The notes: generated by a model from the letters alone, not told the origin. A stretch of 64,000 bases of DNA from Thermoplasmatota archaeon (GCA_036626195.1 JAZKSH010000001.1:9334-73333); one strand, 5' to 3'. Numbered from the stretch's first letter, positions 40,146-53,178 are shown. Numbers and translations: made by a program.

Positions 40146-40734
40146 AAGGCGAAACGATGAACCACACACCGAAAATCAACATTATCGCTCCGCATACCGC
40201 AAAGACCTTTCTCCTGTGTTTATGCCAGTAATCCAGAGTGCTGTGTGAAGAAAAGGTCAGGAATGAATCCCACATCAGGTCGCAGGACCAGTGAACGACT
40301 GCGAACACTACCAAAAAAAGAACACTATACTCGAGAGCTCGAGTGATCAGCGCCGCTCCGACGGTGGCCCACCAGATGAAGAAGTATGGATTCGCCGCGC
40401 TGGTTATTACTCCGACCATAGTGGGTTTATATGGAAACCTTTTCTCCTCCTCATCAATAGGCCTAAAAAGTTGAATTCCCAGGTAGATCAATAAAATACC
40501 GCCCACTACGCCGATAACGGCTTTAGCTTCCCAAGAAGCTATGAACGTCAACCCTAGAGCCACTAAAGCGATGATAGGGAACTCGATCAGGGCGTGACCG
40601 AGTGCTATTCTGATCCCAGCTTTCTTATCTTCCGCTCCCTTCGCGATCGCACCGGCGGTGACCGGTCCGGGCATCATGACCCCACTGAGGGAGATGACCA
40701 CCGTCGCTCCGAGGAGAGCTAATGCTTCCCACAT
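40138..40734 (-). CDS. LysE/RhtB-family amino-acid exporter
   Basis: 198 aa with six TM helices. The N-terminal architecture is LysE-like. Confidence 0.5.
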   Translation of the reverse strand: MWEALALLGATVVISLSGVMMPGPVTAGAIAKGAEDKKAGIRIALGHALIEFPIIALVALGLTFIASWEAKAVIGVVGGILLIYLGIQLFRPIDEEEKRFPYKPTMVGVITSAANPYFFIWWATVGAALITRALEYSVLFLVVFAVVHWSCDLMWDSFLTFSSHSTLDYWHKHRRKVFAVCGAIMLIFGVWFIVSPFI

Positions 40735-40738
40735 CTTC

Positions 40739-41893
40739 TTATCCGACCACGCCGCCCTCTTCCTCTATATCCATCTCTTCGAACCTTTCTACGCTCAATC
40801 TTTCTATGTCTATAGAGGGCTCTTCTCCTATGACCAGTTCAGCGGTCACCTTATCCACCATCGGTGAGACCATGAACCCGTGCCCGCTGAATCCGTTGAC
40901 CTGGTAGAATCGCTCGACCTCCGGAACCGAACCTAAGATCGGCTGAGCGTCCGGTGTGGTGTCGTAAAGACCGGCCCACTGCCTTATCATGTTGACGCCG
41001 CTGAACCTGGGTATGAAATCTAAAAGGGTGTCTGAAAACTTCTTCAAAAACCATAGACTCCCCTTCTGGTTGATACCGGGTTCTTCGTCCGGGTTTCCTA
41101 TACCCCCAACTATGTTCCCGTGTTCACTCTGGCTGAAGTATATACCGTGGGAAAATGAGATGACCATGGGTTCCAAGAAACGCTGATAGGGCTCCGTCAC
41201 CATGATCTCGTGTCTTACGGGCACGTTAGGAATCTGGGCGCCGGCCATCTTCGCTATTTCTTTAGACCAACCTCCGGCGGCGTTCACCACCGTATCTGTT
41301 TTTATTTCTCCCTCATCAGTCTTCACTTTCTTTATCTCATCACCTTCGGTTTCGATATCTAGAACTTCGGTATGCTCTTTCACGTCGATTCCCATCTCCC
41401 TGACTCTATTGGCGTAACCGTGGATGACTTTGAACGGATAGATCGTGCCGTCGCTCTGGTTGAAAGTGGCGGCGACTACGTCCGAGATGTTCAACTCCGG
41501 TACGATCTCTTTCGCCTCTTCGGGGCTCAAAAATTCACTCTCTACACCCAGTCTATTCTGAAGTTTGACGTTCTCCCTGAACTCCTCGGCTTCTTCCTCG
41601 TCGAAGGATAAAACGAGGTAACCTCCCTGGTAGAATTCAAGGTCTTCCTCTAACTCTTCATCAAGGTCCTCAAACATCTTCCTGCTTTCTCTAGCCAGTT
41701 TGATATTCTCTTCGGAGGTCCACTGCTGTCTTATCCCGCCTCCGTTCCTGCCGCTGGCTCCGTAGCCAAGGTAAGACTTATCCACGACAGCAACATCGGT
41801 AAAACCTTTCTTCCCGAGGTGGTAAGCGGTACCGAGACCGTTCACCCCTCCGCCCACTATCACCGCGTCGTACTCTTCACTCATCGTCTTCAA
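40739..41893 (-). CDS. FAD-dependent amino-acid dehydrogenase beta subunit (proline dehydrogenase / sarcosine oxidase beta-like)
   Basis: DAVIVGGGVNGLGTAYHL FAD-binding fold. Operonic with three partner subunits. Confidence 0.7.
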   Translation of the reverse strand: MKTMSEEYDAVIVGGGVNGLGTAYHLGKKGFTDVAVVDKSYLGYGASGRNGGGIRQQWTSEENIKLARESRKMFEDLDEELEEDLEFYQGGYLVLSFDEEEAEEFRENVKLQNRLGVESEFLSPEEAKEIVPELNISDVVAATFNQSDGTIYPFKVIHGYANRVREMGIDVKEHTEVLDIETEGDEIKKVKTDEGEIKTDTVVNAAGGWSKEIAKMAGAQIPNVPVRHEIMVTEPYQRFLEPMVISFSHGIYFSQSEHGNIVGGIGNPDEEPGINQKGSLWFLKKFSDTLLDFIPRFSGVNMIRQWAGLYDTTPDAQPILGSVPEVERFYQVNGFSGHGFMVSPMVDKVTAELVIGEEPSIDIERLSVERFEEMDIEEEGGVVG

Positions 41894-42185
41894 CCTCCTC
41901 TGGAGAAGCTAGTAAACTGAAGGATACGGGCTGCGAAGGGGGTCTTGAAGTGGGATTATCCATCTCTTCCACGCTCTTGCCCGTTTCTCTACTCAATATC
42001 CTTCTCGTTAAAAGCATACATGTTTTACCCTGGCAGGGCCCCATTCCAAGCCTTAAATGCCTCTTCAACTTTTCAAGTTCGTCGTAACCTTCCTCTATCG
42101 CTTCGACTATATCTTCTTCAGTGATATCTTCACACCTGCAGACCACGGTGGTCATTCTATCACCTCCAACCCTCTCACGTTCCAA
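41877..42185 (-). CDS. BFD-like [2Fe-2S]-binding small subunit
   Basis: Cysteine pattern VVCRCE...GPCQGKTC. Confidence 0.5.
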   Translation of the reverse strand: MERERVGGDRMTTVVCRCEDITEEDIVEAIEEGYDELEKLKRHLRLGMGPCQGKTCMLLTRRILSRETGKSVEEMDNPTSRPPSQPVSFSLLASPEEVEDDE

Positions 42186-42628
42186 ACGTTCTCTTTGTCC
42201 ACTTCTAAAGTCACCGCGTAGGTCTTTCCGGATTTCCTTATATTGGCCACTTCCGCTTTTTCGACCTTTTCACCTTTCTTATCTAATGCTATGACTTCTT
42301 CGCCTTCATCTGGAACGGGCAAATACTCGTACGGGACCGTCACCTCACACTTCTCTTCGCTGTAACTGCAGTCGATAACGAAGATGGCTAGACCGGGACA
42401 TTCGGTAACGCAGAAACCGCAGCCCGTGCAGGTATCGAAATCTACATCCGGCGTCTCGGTGAGCTCGTCCATCTCCACTGCTCCGAAGGAGCAGGCGGCG
42501 ACACAGGGATCGCAAGGAATATTCTCGACGCACTCCATTACCACCACGGGGCCCTCTTGGAGTCTCTCATCGTCGGGAATTTGAAGATCTTCTTTTTTGA
42601 CCACACCTGTTTTCTCATAATCGCTCAT
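42152..42628 (-). CDS. 2x[4Fe-4S] ferredoxin-domain subunit
   Basis: CDPCVAACS and CTGCGFCVTECP motifs. Confidence 0.6.
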   Translation of the reverse strand: MSDYEKTGVVKKEDLQIPDDERLQEGPVVVMECVENIPCDPCVAACSFGAVEMDELTETPDVDFDTCTGCGFCVTECPGLAIFVIDCSYSEEKCEVTVPYEYLPVPDEGEEVIALDKKGEKVEKAEVANIRKSGKTYAVTLEVDKENVWNVRGLEVIE

Positions 42629-42703
42629 CCGCAGTTCACCCCCTTTGTGATCATCCGCAGATCACCTCTTTTGTGATCGAGGAGGATGGGACGAAGTCCC
42701 CAA

Positions 42704-44140
42704 TCATCCGCACACCTCCTCGTCGACAGTACAGCTTTTGACGCCTTGTCTGGGCACTTCTCCATAAGGCCCTTTTCTCATCTGTTCGAGCCCTTCTTCA
42801 GCCTCTCTTTTCAGCCTTTCCGTATCTTCATCTTCTCCTCTCAGCTCTTCATGAAGGGCGGCACCAGCCAATTTTCCTTCCAAAGCCGCCACGGTAGCCT
42901 CTTCTATCCCTGCGGAGTCGCCGGCTACGTAGATACCTTTTGCGGTAGTCCTCATCTCCTCGGTCCTGAGAGGAACGAAACCACCTAATTCGGCAACATA
43001 TTCCATTTCGCAGTCCGCCTGTCTCAGAAAATCCGTATCTGGTCTCAGCCCGACGGCCAAGCAGATGATATCACAATCTATCTGCCTTTCGGTCCCCTCG
43101 ACTTTGTTCCAATTTTCATCCACCTGGTGAACCACCGCGCCTTCGACTTCCTCTTCACCGAGCGCTTTCACTATGGTATGGCTGGTTTGGATAGGCACGC
43201 CTTTCCTTCTGATCTTCGAAGCGTGGACCTGGTATCCGCCTATATTAGGTAGGGCTTCGATGACTTCGACGACGTCGACTCCCGCCTGGAGTAACTGGTA
43301 ACTTACTATCAATCCCACGTTACCCGAACCCACCATGAGTACTTTTTCTCCTGGAATTACCCCCTCTTCATTCATCAGGGTCTGCACCCCCCCTGCACCG
43401 TAAACCCCTGGGAGGTCGTTATTTTCGAAACCTAGATAATTTTCTATGGCTCCCCCTGCATACACTATCCCCTCCGTATCATATATCTCCAAACGACCGT
43501 TCCTCTCAACGGTTATTTTATTCTCTTCATAATAGCCGAGTACCTTCGTGTTCGGATGTAGATTCACGCCCAACTTTTTCGCCTCTTCGACCAGATCTTC
43601 ACCGATATCGATCCCTCTAGTTCCTGCGTCCTCCTCGTGGCTGCCGAAGAACTGGTGGGTCTGTTTTACAAGCTGCCCTCCAAGATCGGCTCCTTCATCG
43701 AAAAGATGGACTTCACTTCCGAGTTCAGCGGCGGTTATAGCCGCCATCAGACCTGCCGGTCCTCCACCGATCACCGCTATCTCTACATCTTTCTCTCTTC
43801 TCTCCTTTCCTCTACCTATGTCTACATCTGGAAATTTCGGCTTGGAGCCGTGCCTTTCGACTTTCATACCCGGTTCGGCTGGAGTTACACACGTCCTAAC
43901 GTGAGGTCTTCCATCCACCGACATTATGCATGACGAGCATTTACCTATGGCGCAGAAGAATCCTCTAGGTCGTTCCAATTTTTTACTCTCTGTGAATTTT
44001 CTGAGAGCATCGGCGTAAAGCGCTGAAGCAACGGTCTCCCCCTCATAAGCTTTTACTTTTTCACCTTCAAAATCGAAATAGAACTCTTCTCCTCTGTCGA
44101 AATCTAAAACGGGGTGGTCAAAGATCCTTCTTTCCTTCAT
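42704..44140 (-). CDS. FAD/NAD(P)-binding oxidoreductase alpha subunit with N-terminal 2Fe-2S ferredoxin-like domain
   Basis: Cluster motif CAIGKCSSC, then two Rossmann motifs, IAVIGGGPAGLMAA and MVGSGNVGL. Confidence 0.65.
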   Translation of the reverse strand: MKERRIFDHPVLDFDRGEEFYFDFEGEKVKAYEGETVASALYADALRKFTESKKLERPRGFFCAIGKCSSCIMSVDGRPHVRTCVTPAEPGMKVERHGSKPKFPDVDIGRGKERREKDVEIAVIGGGPAGLMAAITAAELGSEVHLFDEGADLGGQLVKQTHQFFGSHEEDAGTRGIDIGEDLVEEAKKLGVNLHPNTKVLGYYEENKITVERNGRLEIYDTEGIVYAGGAIENYLGFENNDLPGVYGAGGVQTLMNEEGVIPGEKVLMVGSGNVGLIVSYQLLQAGVDVVEVIEALPNIGGYQVHASKIRRKGVPIQTSHTIVKALGEEEVEGAVVHQVDENWNKVEGTERQIDCDIICLAVGLRPDTDFLRQADCEMEYVAELGGFVPLRTEEMRTTAKGIYVAGDSAGIEEATVAALEGKLAGAALHEELRGEDEDTERLKREAEEGLEQMRKGPYGEVPRQGVKSCTVDEEVCG

Positions 44141-44262
44141 CCGAGCACCGCAATCTCCAACTTGACCAGACCAATAAAAATATTTCCTTTGTGCTAATCC
44201 GAAGCTTTAATATACCTATATTCGATATCAAATTGGATGCCTTCAAAATTGGAAGGGATATC

Positions 44263-47200
44263 ATGAAAGCGGGGCTAAAATCGTGTATTTTCGTTCTTAC
44301 AGCCGTTTTGTTGGTAAGCAATTTTTCTGCTGCAGCACAAGCTTTTTCTGGATCGGTCGAGAGCTCTCCTGATAGTATTGATATGCCTGAAGAATCTGCA
44401 AGTACAGCAGAGGAAGTTGAGATACCAGATAAGAGCGGACCCGATCACGAATCTATCTCCCAAAATATAGAAGTGTTAAGGAAACAATACGAGGCGATAA
44501 AGGAAAGAGCGGAGGAAGTGAGAGAGTCCAAAGAATATTATTTCGATCAAGATGAGAGTTCTGAACAGAGAGACCTTGTGATCCCCGAGGACAGGGAAAA
44601 GCGGGACCCTATCAGGATTGAGTCTAACGAGGAGTTCTCAGAGAAGGCAGAAAATAACAACTGGTCTGGAGATGGTTCTGAAGATGATCCTTATACCATC
44701 GAAGGATACGAGATCAACGGGAATGAGACCGGGTATGGTATATATATAAGAAACGTGACGGATCACTTCGTAGTGAAAGATTGCTCCATATACAATGCTA
44801 CCAATGCTAGCGGTGTAAACTTAGATCCCAATGAGAACAGCGGCATATATCTACAAAACACGTGGAACGGTCATCTAGAGAATAATACTGTTTTCCGGAA
44901 TCATCAGGGCATATATTTGGTTTCTAGCTCAGGCAATACTATATCCAAGAATAACGCTTCTAACAATGCAGCAACCGGTATAAATCTCAGCGAGTCTTAT
45001 GACAATACGCTCGAAGACAACATTGTAGGATGGAACGAAATAGGTATCCAGATATGGCAATCTATCAATAATGAGATAGTAGAAAACATCGTGAAAGGCA
45101 ACGAAGCGAGAGGGATCTCTCTAGACACACAGCTTCTTTCTTTCCCTGGAGCTATTAATAACCAGGTGATCGGCAATGAAATATCCGGGGATGGGTCCGG
45201 TCTCAACCTCGACATTGATTATGGCATCTATATCGGCGCCTTTTCCAATGAGAACCTTATCAGGTCCAATGATATATCCGGGTATTTCTTTGGTATCTAT
45301 GTAGGCCTGCCCTTAAATCAGATCGATCTTCCAACGCCTTCTCCCAGCGGGCTTTTCCCCATATCTCCACAGGATAACACTATCACTGATAACGTAATCC
45401 AGAGCGGTCAAAATCTACTCAATTTCAACCCCTACAGCATCGGGCTCTTCTTTACGGAGAACAATCTCATCGATAACAATACCATGCAGAATGGAGGTAT
45501 CATGATATTGGGTTTGATATTATCGCACTGGAACACCCACACGATCACCGAGGAAAATACTGTCAACGATAGACCTGTGCGTTACTGGAAAGATAGAGAG
45601 GGGGGTGTTGTCCCCGAGGGTTCTGGCCAAGTGCTACTTGGCAATTGTAGTGATGTAGTGATAGAAGAGCATGAGTTGACAGAAGCCTCTGTAGGGATTC
45701 AACTGGGATTCTCAGACGAGAACATCATCCGGAACAACACGTTAGCTGGCGGTGTGCAGGCCATGGGTGTACAGAGTTCGTCGAACAATCTCATCTACCG
45801 TAACGAGTATGAAGAAAATTTTGTAGGTCTTGTGATGTTGTTATCTACCGAGAACGAAATTTATCACAACAATTTCCTCGAAAACATGCTGACCAATGCC
45901 ATGGACTTAGGGATGAATCAGTGGGACAACGGTTATCCTTCTGGAGGTAACTACTGGTCCGATCATGAAGGAAGTGATGAATACCACGGCCCGGAGCAGA
46001 ACACGTCAGGCAGTGACGGCATCATTGACGAACCATATGGAGAAAATTTTACTGACGAGTATCCTCTTAAGGAACCGGTACCTACACCTCATGTGAGGAT
46101 AGAACATCCCCTAGACGGCTCAGCTGTATCGGAAAAGGATGTGACGGCAAGGTGGACTGGCATTTATCGTTTTACAGATTATTTGGAATACGAGATAAGA
46201 TTGGATAGTGGTAATTGGATAGATATGGGGGAGGAAAAAAATTATGATTTCATGGGTCTAGAGGAGGGCCCTCACGATCTTTACGTGAGAGTTGCCGACG
46301 AGGAGGGGAATACTTTCACCAACCGGGCGTCCTTTATCGTAGATGTAACTTGTCCTGATGTACATATAACCGCACCAGAGGAGGATAAGATATTCGAAAC
46401 GGAGAATGTGACGGTGGAATGGGAAGGTATCGACGAGGGCAGCGGTATCGACTTTTATGAGTTGATTCTCGATGGAGAGCTAGAATACCAGGGTAGTAAG
46501 GAACGATATAATTTGACCGGCGTAGAGGACGGAAATCACGAGATAGAAATACGGGCCGTGGATAGAGCCGGTAACGAGGATATCGATGATTTATCTTTCT
46601 CAGTAGATACTACACCCCCAAATATACAGATAGTATCGCCGGAGGAAGGAGAAAAAATCGGTAATGAATCGGTGATAGTTGAGTGGGAAGCTAGCGACCC
46701 GATAGCCGGTGTAAATTCCTTCGAAATCAGGATAGAAGAAGAGGATTGGAGAGATGTAGGATCCTCTTTGAATTATGAATTCACAGGTCTTGAAGATAGA
46801 GAATATACGGTAGAGGTGAGAGCTCTCGATGAAGTAGGGAACAGCGGCATAGATGAGGTGAGTTTTACTGTGAACACCGTTCCTCCGGTCGTAGATATAT
46901 TGCAACCTAGTGAGAGGGAATTGATTGGTGAAGAATCCATAACTATCCTCTGGGAAGGTGAAGGGGAAGGGACGGAAATAGAGTATTATGAAGTCCGAAT
47001 TGATGAAGGTCCCTGGATCGAAGTTGGAATGGATACATCCTATACTTTTGATAATATTGAAGATGGAGAACATACCGTTGGAGTTCAAGCTACTAATGGA
47101 TTGGGGAACGCTGCCATCGACAGGACTACTTTGAAAGTCGATACAACTCCGCCTGAAGTAGGGATTACCACTCCTGAGGAGGACGAAGTGAGGCATACGA

Positions 47201-47823
47201 GTGATGTCGATATCCGCTGGGACGGGAGCGATGAAATCGGCGGTATAGATCATTATGAGGTACGTTTAGAAGGAGATGATTGGATAGATGTGGGAGGTTC
47301 CGAGAGTTATGTATTCTCCGATCTCCAAGACGGGGAGTATACCGCTGAGGTCAGAGCATGGGACAATGCGGGAAACGCTCGGACGGAAAGTGTCAGTTTT
47401 CTTATCGATCTGCCTGAAGAATATACTATAACCGTCGGACCGGTTAGAGATGTGAAAGGGGAGTTCATCGATGATCTAACAGTCACTTTGTTGGTGGACG
47501 GTGAAGAGAAATTGACCTTCGGAGGAGAGAACGGACGTTACAATTTCACCGTGGAGTTGATTTCACCTCCAGACGAGGTCGAATTTGAATATAAGATCGA
47601 ACATGAAGAGCTTGAAGAGGACAAAACGGGATCGTTCTATGGTAAGAATTCCGGCGAAGTGATAATAGACATGCACGGGGCAGACCCGTCCGCTCTCTTA
47701 TTTGCTATAGCTGTAGGGACGATCACGGCTATAATTTTGGGGGCGATAGTTGTTAAAAAGAGAGGAAATTCATCTTCGAAGGAAAGGAAGAATCTTGTAA
47801 AGTTGAAAAAGAGAGATAGATAA
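44263..47823 (+). CDS. Secreted, C-terminally membrane-anchored surface protein with an N-terminal right-handed beta-helix (NosD/pectate-lyase-like) region and six ~85-aa Y_Y_Y/Ig-like repeats
   Basis: Met 44263 is followed by a signal-peptide-like stretch. Many N-x-S/T sequons are present. The repeat unit is W-EG-DE-SGI--YE-RLD---W-------Y-F-GLEDGEH---V-A-D--GN. A C-terminal TM helix is followed by a basic tail. Confidence 0.6.
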   Translation: MKAGLKSCIFVLTAVLLVSNFSAAAQAFSGSVESSPDSIDMPEESASTAEEVEIPDKSGPDHESISQNIEVLRKQYEAIKERAEEVRESKEYYFDQDESSEQRDLVIPEDREKRDPIRIESNEEFSEKAENNNWSGDGSEDDPYTIEGYEINGNETGYGIYIRNVTDHFVVKDCSIYNATNASGVNLDPNENSGIYLQNTWNGHLENNTVFRNHQGIYLVSSSGNTISKNNASNNAATGINLSESYDNTLEDNIVGWNEIGIQIWQSINNEIVENIVKGNEARGISLDTQLLSFPGAINNQVIGNEISGDGSGLNLDIDYGIYIGAFSNENLIRSNDISGYFFGIYVGLPLNQIDLPTPSPSGLFPISPQDNTITDNVIQSGQNLLNFNPYSIGLFFTENNLIDNNTMQNGGIMILGLILSHWNTHTITEENTVNDRPVRYWKDREGGVVPEGSGQVLLGNCSDVVIEEHELTEASVGIQLGFSDENIIRNNTLAGGVQAMGVQSSSNNLIYRNEYEENFVGLVMLLSTENEIYHNNFLENMLTNAMDLGMNQWDNGYPSGGNYWSDHEGSDEYHGPEQNTSGSDGIIDEPYGENFTDEYPLKEPVPTPHVRIEHPLDGSAVSEKDVTARWTGIYRFTDYLEYEIRLDSGNWIDMGEEKNYDFMGLEEGPHDLYVRVADEEGNTFTNRASFIVDVTCPDVHITAPEEDKIFETENVTVEWEGIDEGSGIDFYELILDGELEYQGSKERYNLTGVEDGNHEIEIRAVDRAGNEDIDDLSFSVDTTPPNIQIVSPEEGEKIGNESVIVEWEASDPIAGVNSFEIRIEEEDWRDVGSSLNYEFTGLEDREYTVEVRALDEVGNSGIDEVSFTVNTVPPVVDILQPSERELIGEESITILWEGEGEGTEIEYYEVRIDEGPWIEVGMDTSYTFDNIEDGEHTVGVQATNGLGNAAIDRTTLKVDTTPPEVGITTPEEDEVRHTSDVDIRWDGSDEIGGIDHYEVRLEGDDWIDVGGSESYVFSDLQDGEYTAEVRAWDNAGNARTESVSFLIDLPEEYTITVGPVRDVKGEFIDDLTVTLLVDGEEKLTFGGENGRYNFTVELISPPDEVEFEYKIEHEELEEDKTGSFYGKNSGEVIIDMHGADPSALLFAIAVGTITAIILGAIVVKKRGNSSSKERKNLVKLKKRDR

Positions 47824-47840
47824 ACGGGTTCGAGGAGACC

Positions 47841-48122
47841 ATGACTAAGCGATATATCTGTCCCAAATGCAAAGAAATCTCGAGTAAAAAAAAGAAATGC
47901 CCTATCTGTGAGAATCGGATGAGGGAAGTCACTCTTGATTTCGGCTTCGAAAGGTGGTTCCCTTACGTGACGGCCGTGTTAGCCGCTTTATTGTTGCTGC
48001 TCGGATTCGTATTCGACGAACCAATCTTGACATGGCTTACTTTCCCTCTTATAGGTGTGGGTCTTCTCTTTGACCATCTCTATCAAAAACAGGTAGATGA
48101 AGCGATCAAGGACATGATATAG
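47841..48122 (+). CDS. Zinc-ribbon plus two-TM small membrane protein
   Basis: CPKC...CPIC followed by hydrophobic helices. Confidence 0.4.
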   Translation: MTKRYICPKCKEISSKKKKCPICENRMREVTLDFGFERWFPYVTAVLAALLLLLGFVFDEPILTWLTFPLIGVGLLFDHLYQKQVDEAIKDMI

Positions 48123-48351
48123 GAGACAAAAATGACACCTTTCCTAAGAAGTTAAATCCTCTTATTATCCTTTTTATACCCAGGGGTGGAAAGATTAATA
48201 TAGCCCGAAACCATGTGATATATTGTCCCTAAGAAGTCGTTTCAAAGTCGTAGGGATGCACTCAAAATCTGCAAAGATCAAGTCGAAAAAATTAGGAAGT
48301 TATAGGTCCTTTCAAACGGTTTGTAAGAGAGATATATGGATTTAAAGGTAG

Positions 48352-50298
<1,947 letters not shown>

Positions 50299-50299
50299 G

Positions 50300-52807
50300 G
50301 TGAGAGAGATGGAAGAATCTACAGAGGAAACTAAAATGGCGGACGAAGTCTACACCAAACATCTAGAAGAGGAGATGGAAGATTCTTACATCAATTATGC
50401 CATGAGCGTGATAGTAGGGAGGGCTTTACCCGACGTTAAGGATGGATTGAAACCCGTCCACAGGAGAATACTTTACTCGATGAAGCAGGAAGGTTTGTCT
50501 TCGGACAAATCCCATAAAAAGTCTGCAAGAGTGGTCGGTGACGTTCTCGGTAAGTACCATCCTCACGGCGATCAGGCCGTCTATGACGCTTTGGTTAGGA
50601 TGTCCCAGGACTTTTCTTTACGCTATCCTCTAGTCGATGGGCAGGGTAATTTCGGTTCGTTGGACGGCGACGAGCCCGCGGCGATGAGGTACACCGAGGC
50701 CCGCTTGGAGAAGATAGCCGAGGAGATGATGGAAGACCTTAAAAAAAATACTGTGGGGTTTAGGGATAACTATGACGGTACTTTAGAGGAACCTGAGGTT
50801 TTACCGGCGAAACTACCCAATCTATTGCTGAACGGCGCGAGCGGCATAGCGGTCGGGATGTCTACCAACATACCTCCTCATAATCTGAACGAACTCGTTG
50901 GTGCGATAAAGTTGCTTATCGATGAACCCGATGCCGAGATAGTAGATCTGATGGAGGAATTACCGGCACCGGACTTTCCCACCGGAGGCATAATCCATGG
51001 GTATAACGGGGTGTACAACGCTTACAAAGAAGGTAGAGGGAAGATAAAGATAAGAGCTAAAACTGAGATCAAAGATCTGGGAGGAAACCGAAGCAGAATA
51101 ATAATCACAGAGATGCCCTATCAGGTCAATAAAGCGAAACTGGTAGAGAGCATCGCAAAGCTGGTTAATGACGACGTGATAACCGAAATATCTAACCTAA
51201 GAGACGAGTCGGATAGAGAGGGAGTCAGAGTGGTGATCGACCTGAAAAGAGGGGTGATCCCTGATGTGGCGCTGAATAAACTGTTCAAGCACACCCAGAT
51301 GGAAGTCACTTTCGGCGTCATAAATCTCGCCCTGGTCGATGACGAGCCGAAGATTCTGGATTTGAAAGAGACTCTCCAGCACTATATCGACCACCGGATT
51401 GACGTGATAACCCGCAGAACAAAATACGATCTGGACAAGGCACAGGACAGGGCTCATATACTCGAGGGTTTGCTGACTGCTTTAGACAATCTGGATAAAG
51501 TGATAAAGATAATCCGTTCTTCGGAAGAGGATTCGGAAGCAAAGGGTAGGCTGACCTCGGAATTTTTATTGAGCGATAAACAAGCTGCCGCGATCCTTGA
51601 CATGCGGTTGAGAAGATTGACCGGGTTAGAAAGAAAAAAACTGCAGGACGAGTACGAGGAGATACAGGAGAAGATAGAGAATTACAAGGAGATACTCGGC
51701 GACGAGGAGAAGGTTCTCAACATAATAAAGGATGAGCTGGACGAACTTGTAGAGAAGTACGGCGACGAGAGAAGGACGGAGATAAACAGAGATGCGGTCG
51801 ATGTTGAAACCGAGGATCTCATCCCTGAAGAGGATCTAGTTATCACGCTTACCCATAAAGGGTATATCAAGAGATTACCTGTGGAAACTTACAGGAAACA
51901 GAGGAGAGGCGGAGTCGGTCTAATAGGTATGGATACCAAGGAAGAAGATCATGTAGTGGATCTCTTCATCTCAAATTCACACGATTACCTCCTGTTCTTT
52001 ACCAACAAGGGGAGAGTCTACTGGTTGAAGGCATATAAACTGCCGAAGGGAAGCAGGCGTTCCAAGGGTAGGCCTATCGTCAATATGCTGCCCCGGCTGG
52101 ACGATGACGAGAAGATAGAGGATCTGATACCGGTCAGCGACTTCTCCGAGGACAAGTATCTGCTGTTCTCGACCAAGAAAGGCAAGATAAAGAGGACCCA
52201 ACTCTCAGAATACAGTAATCCGAGAGTTACCGGGATCTGGGCGATCAAACTGCGTGAAGGAGACGAACTTGTAGATACGAAACTCTCCGACGGCTCTAAA
52301 GAGGTGATGCTGGCGACAAAGAACGGCCAGGCGATTAGATTCGATGAAGAAGATGTGAGAGCTACTGGCCGATACACCATGGGTGTGAAAGGTGCTCGAT
52401 TGGAAAAAAACGACAAGGTTGTCAGTATGACGCTGGTAGATGAGGACGACACTGTATTGACACTTACCGAAAAGGGATACGGCAAACGCTGTGATGTCGA
52501 GAACTACAGGAAGACTAACCGCGGAGCTAAAGGTGTCATAACGATGAATATCAGGGAGAGGAACGGTAAAGTGGTCTGCACGCGCAAAGTGGAAGAGGAG
52601 AAAGGTCAGGAGCTAATCTTGGTCAGCAAAGAAGGCATGATCATCAGGACTGTTGTAGACGATATAAGTAAACAGGGGAGGAACACAATGGGCGTAAAAG
52701 TGATGGAACTGAAAGAGGACGATAGATTGAATGCTATGTCCAAGGTGATCGGTGAAAAGGAAGAGAAGGAGATCATCGAAGGTGAAGAGGAAGAGGAGGA
52801 GGAGTGA
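50300..52807 (+). CDS. gyrA: DNA gyrase subunit A
   Basis: [26 protein letters not shown] active-site region with the catalytic Tyr. Beta-pinwheel repeats in the C-terminal domain. Confidence 0.95.
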   Translation: MREMEESTEETKMADEVYTKHLEEEMEDSYINYAMSVIVGRALPDVKDGLKPVHRRILYSMKQEGLSSDKSHKKSARVVGDVLGKYHPHGDQAVYDALVRMSQDFSLRYPLVDGQGNFGSLDGDEPAAMRYTEARLEKIAEEMMEDLKKNTVGFRDNYDGTLEEPEVLPAKLPNLLLNGASGIAVGMSTNIPPHNLNELVGAIKLLIDEPDAEIVDLMEELPAPDFPTGGIIHGYNGVYNAYKEGRGKIKIRAKTEIKDLGGNRSRIIITEMPYQVNKAKLVESIAKLVNDDVITEISNLRDESDREGVRVVIDLKRGVIPDVALNKLFKHTQMEVTFGVINLALVDDEPKILDLKETLQHYIDHRIDVITRRTKYDLDKAQDRAHILEGLLTALDNLDKVIKIIRSSEEDSEAKGRLTSEFLLSDKQAAAILDMRLRRLTGLERKKLQDEYEEIQEKIENYKEILGDEEKVLNIIKDELDELVEKYGDERRTEINRDAVDVETEDLIPEEDLVITLTHKGYIKRLPVETYRKQRRGGVGLIGMDTKEEDHVVDLFISNSHDYLLFFTNKGRVYWLKAYKLPKGSRRSKGRPIVNMLPRLDDDEKIEDLIPVSDFSEDKYLLFSTKKGKIKRTQLSEYSNPRVTGIWAIKLREGDELVDTKLSDGSKEVMLATKNGQAIRFDEEDVRATGRYTMGVKGARLEKNDKVVSMTLVDEDDTVLTLTEKGYGKRCDVENYRKTNRGAKGVITMNIRERNGKVVCTRKVEEEKGQELILVSKEGMIIRTVVDDISKQGRNTMGVKVMELKEDDRLNAMSKVIGEKEEKEIIEGEEEEEEE

Positions 52808-52976
52808 ATCGAAAAACTCTTATTTTCCTATGGATTGAGCTATCATCGAATTTAGATTAGCGCATGGGCGCGTGGCCTAGCGGGGAAGATGAAAAATAAC
52901 ATCCTCCCCTCACATTCAAGGCCATCAAGATGCCCTTGAATATAGCCCGGACATAAACCTATTCAAAACTTTAATT

Positions 52977-53051
52977 GGGCGCGTGGCCTAGCCTGGACAT
53001 GGCGCTGCCCTTCTAAGGCAGACAGCACGGGTTCGAATCCCGTCGCGTCCG
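52977..53051 (+). tRNA. tRNA-Arg (anticodon TCT)
   Basis: Acceptor helix GGGCGCG/CGCGUCC with a G3:U70 pair. Anticodon stem CUGCC/GGCAG, loop CUUCUAA. T arm ACGGG-UUCGAAU-CCCGU. Confidence 0.75.
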
Positions 53052-53178
53052 TTTTTCTGTGAAAAACGGGCAAGGCGAGTGCGTCGGCACTCGTCGGCGT
53101 CCGCTTTTCTGTGAAAAGCGGTAAGTTAGAAATCTTTGATTTCTGACACGTCCGTTAAACTTGCTTTAACGGGCAAGG
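53035..53178 (+). repeat. Direct repeat copy 1 (144 nt): the tRNA 3' terminus plus three downstream stem-loops
   Basis: Identical to 53349..53492. It begins inside the tRNA T-loop (GAATCCCGTCGCGTCCG). Confidence 0.85.

Noticed and set aside
52866-52976. Intron-containing or split tRNA upstream of tRNA-Arg
   Set aside because: Only the first 16 nt of a tRNA are present. No matching D-stem 3' strand, anticodon arm or T-arm follows. It is better read as a partial duplicate or att remnant.
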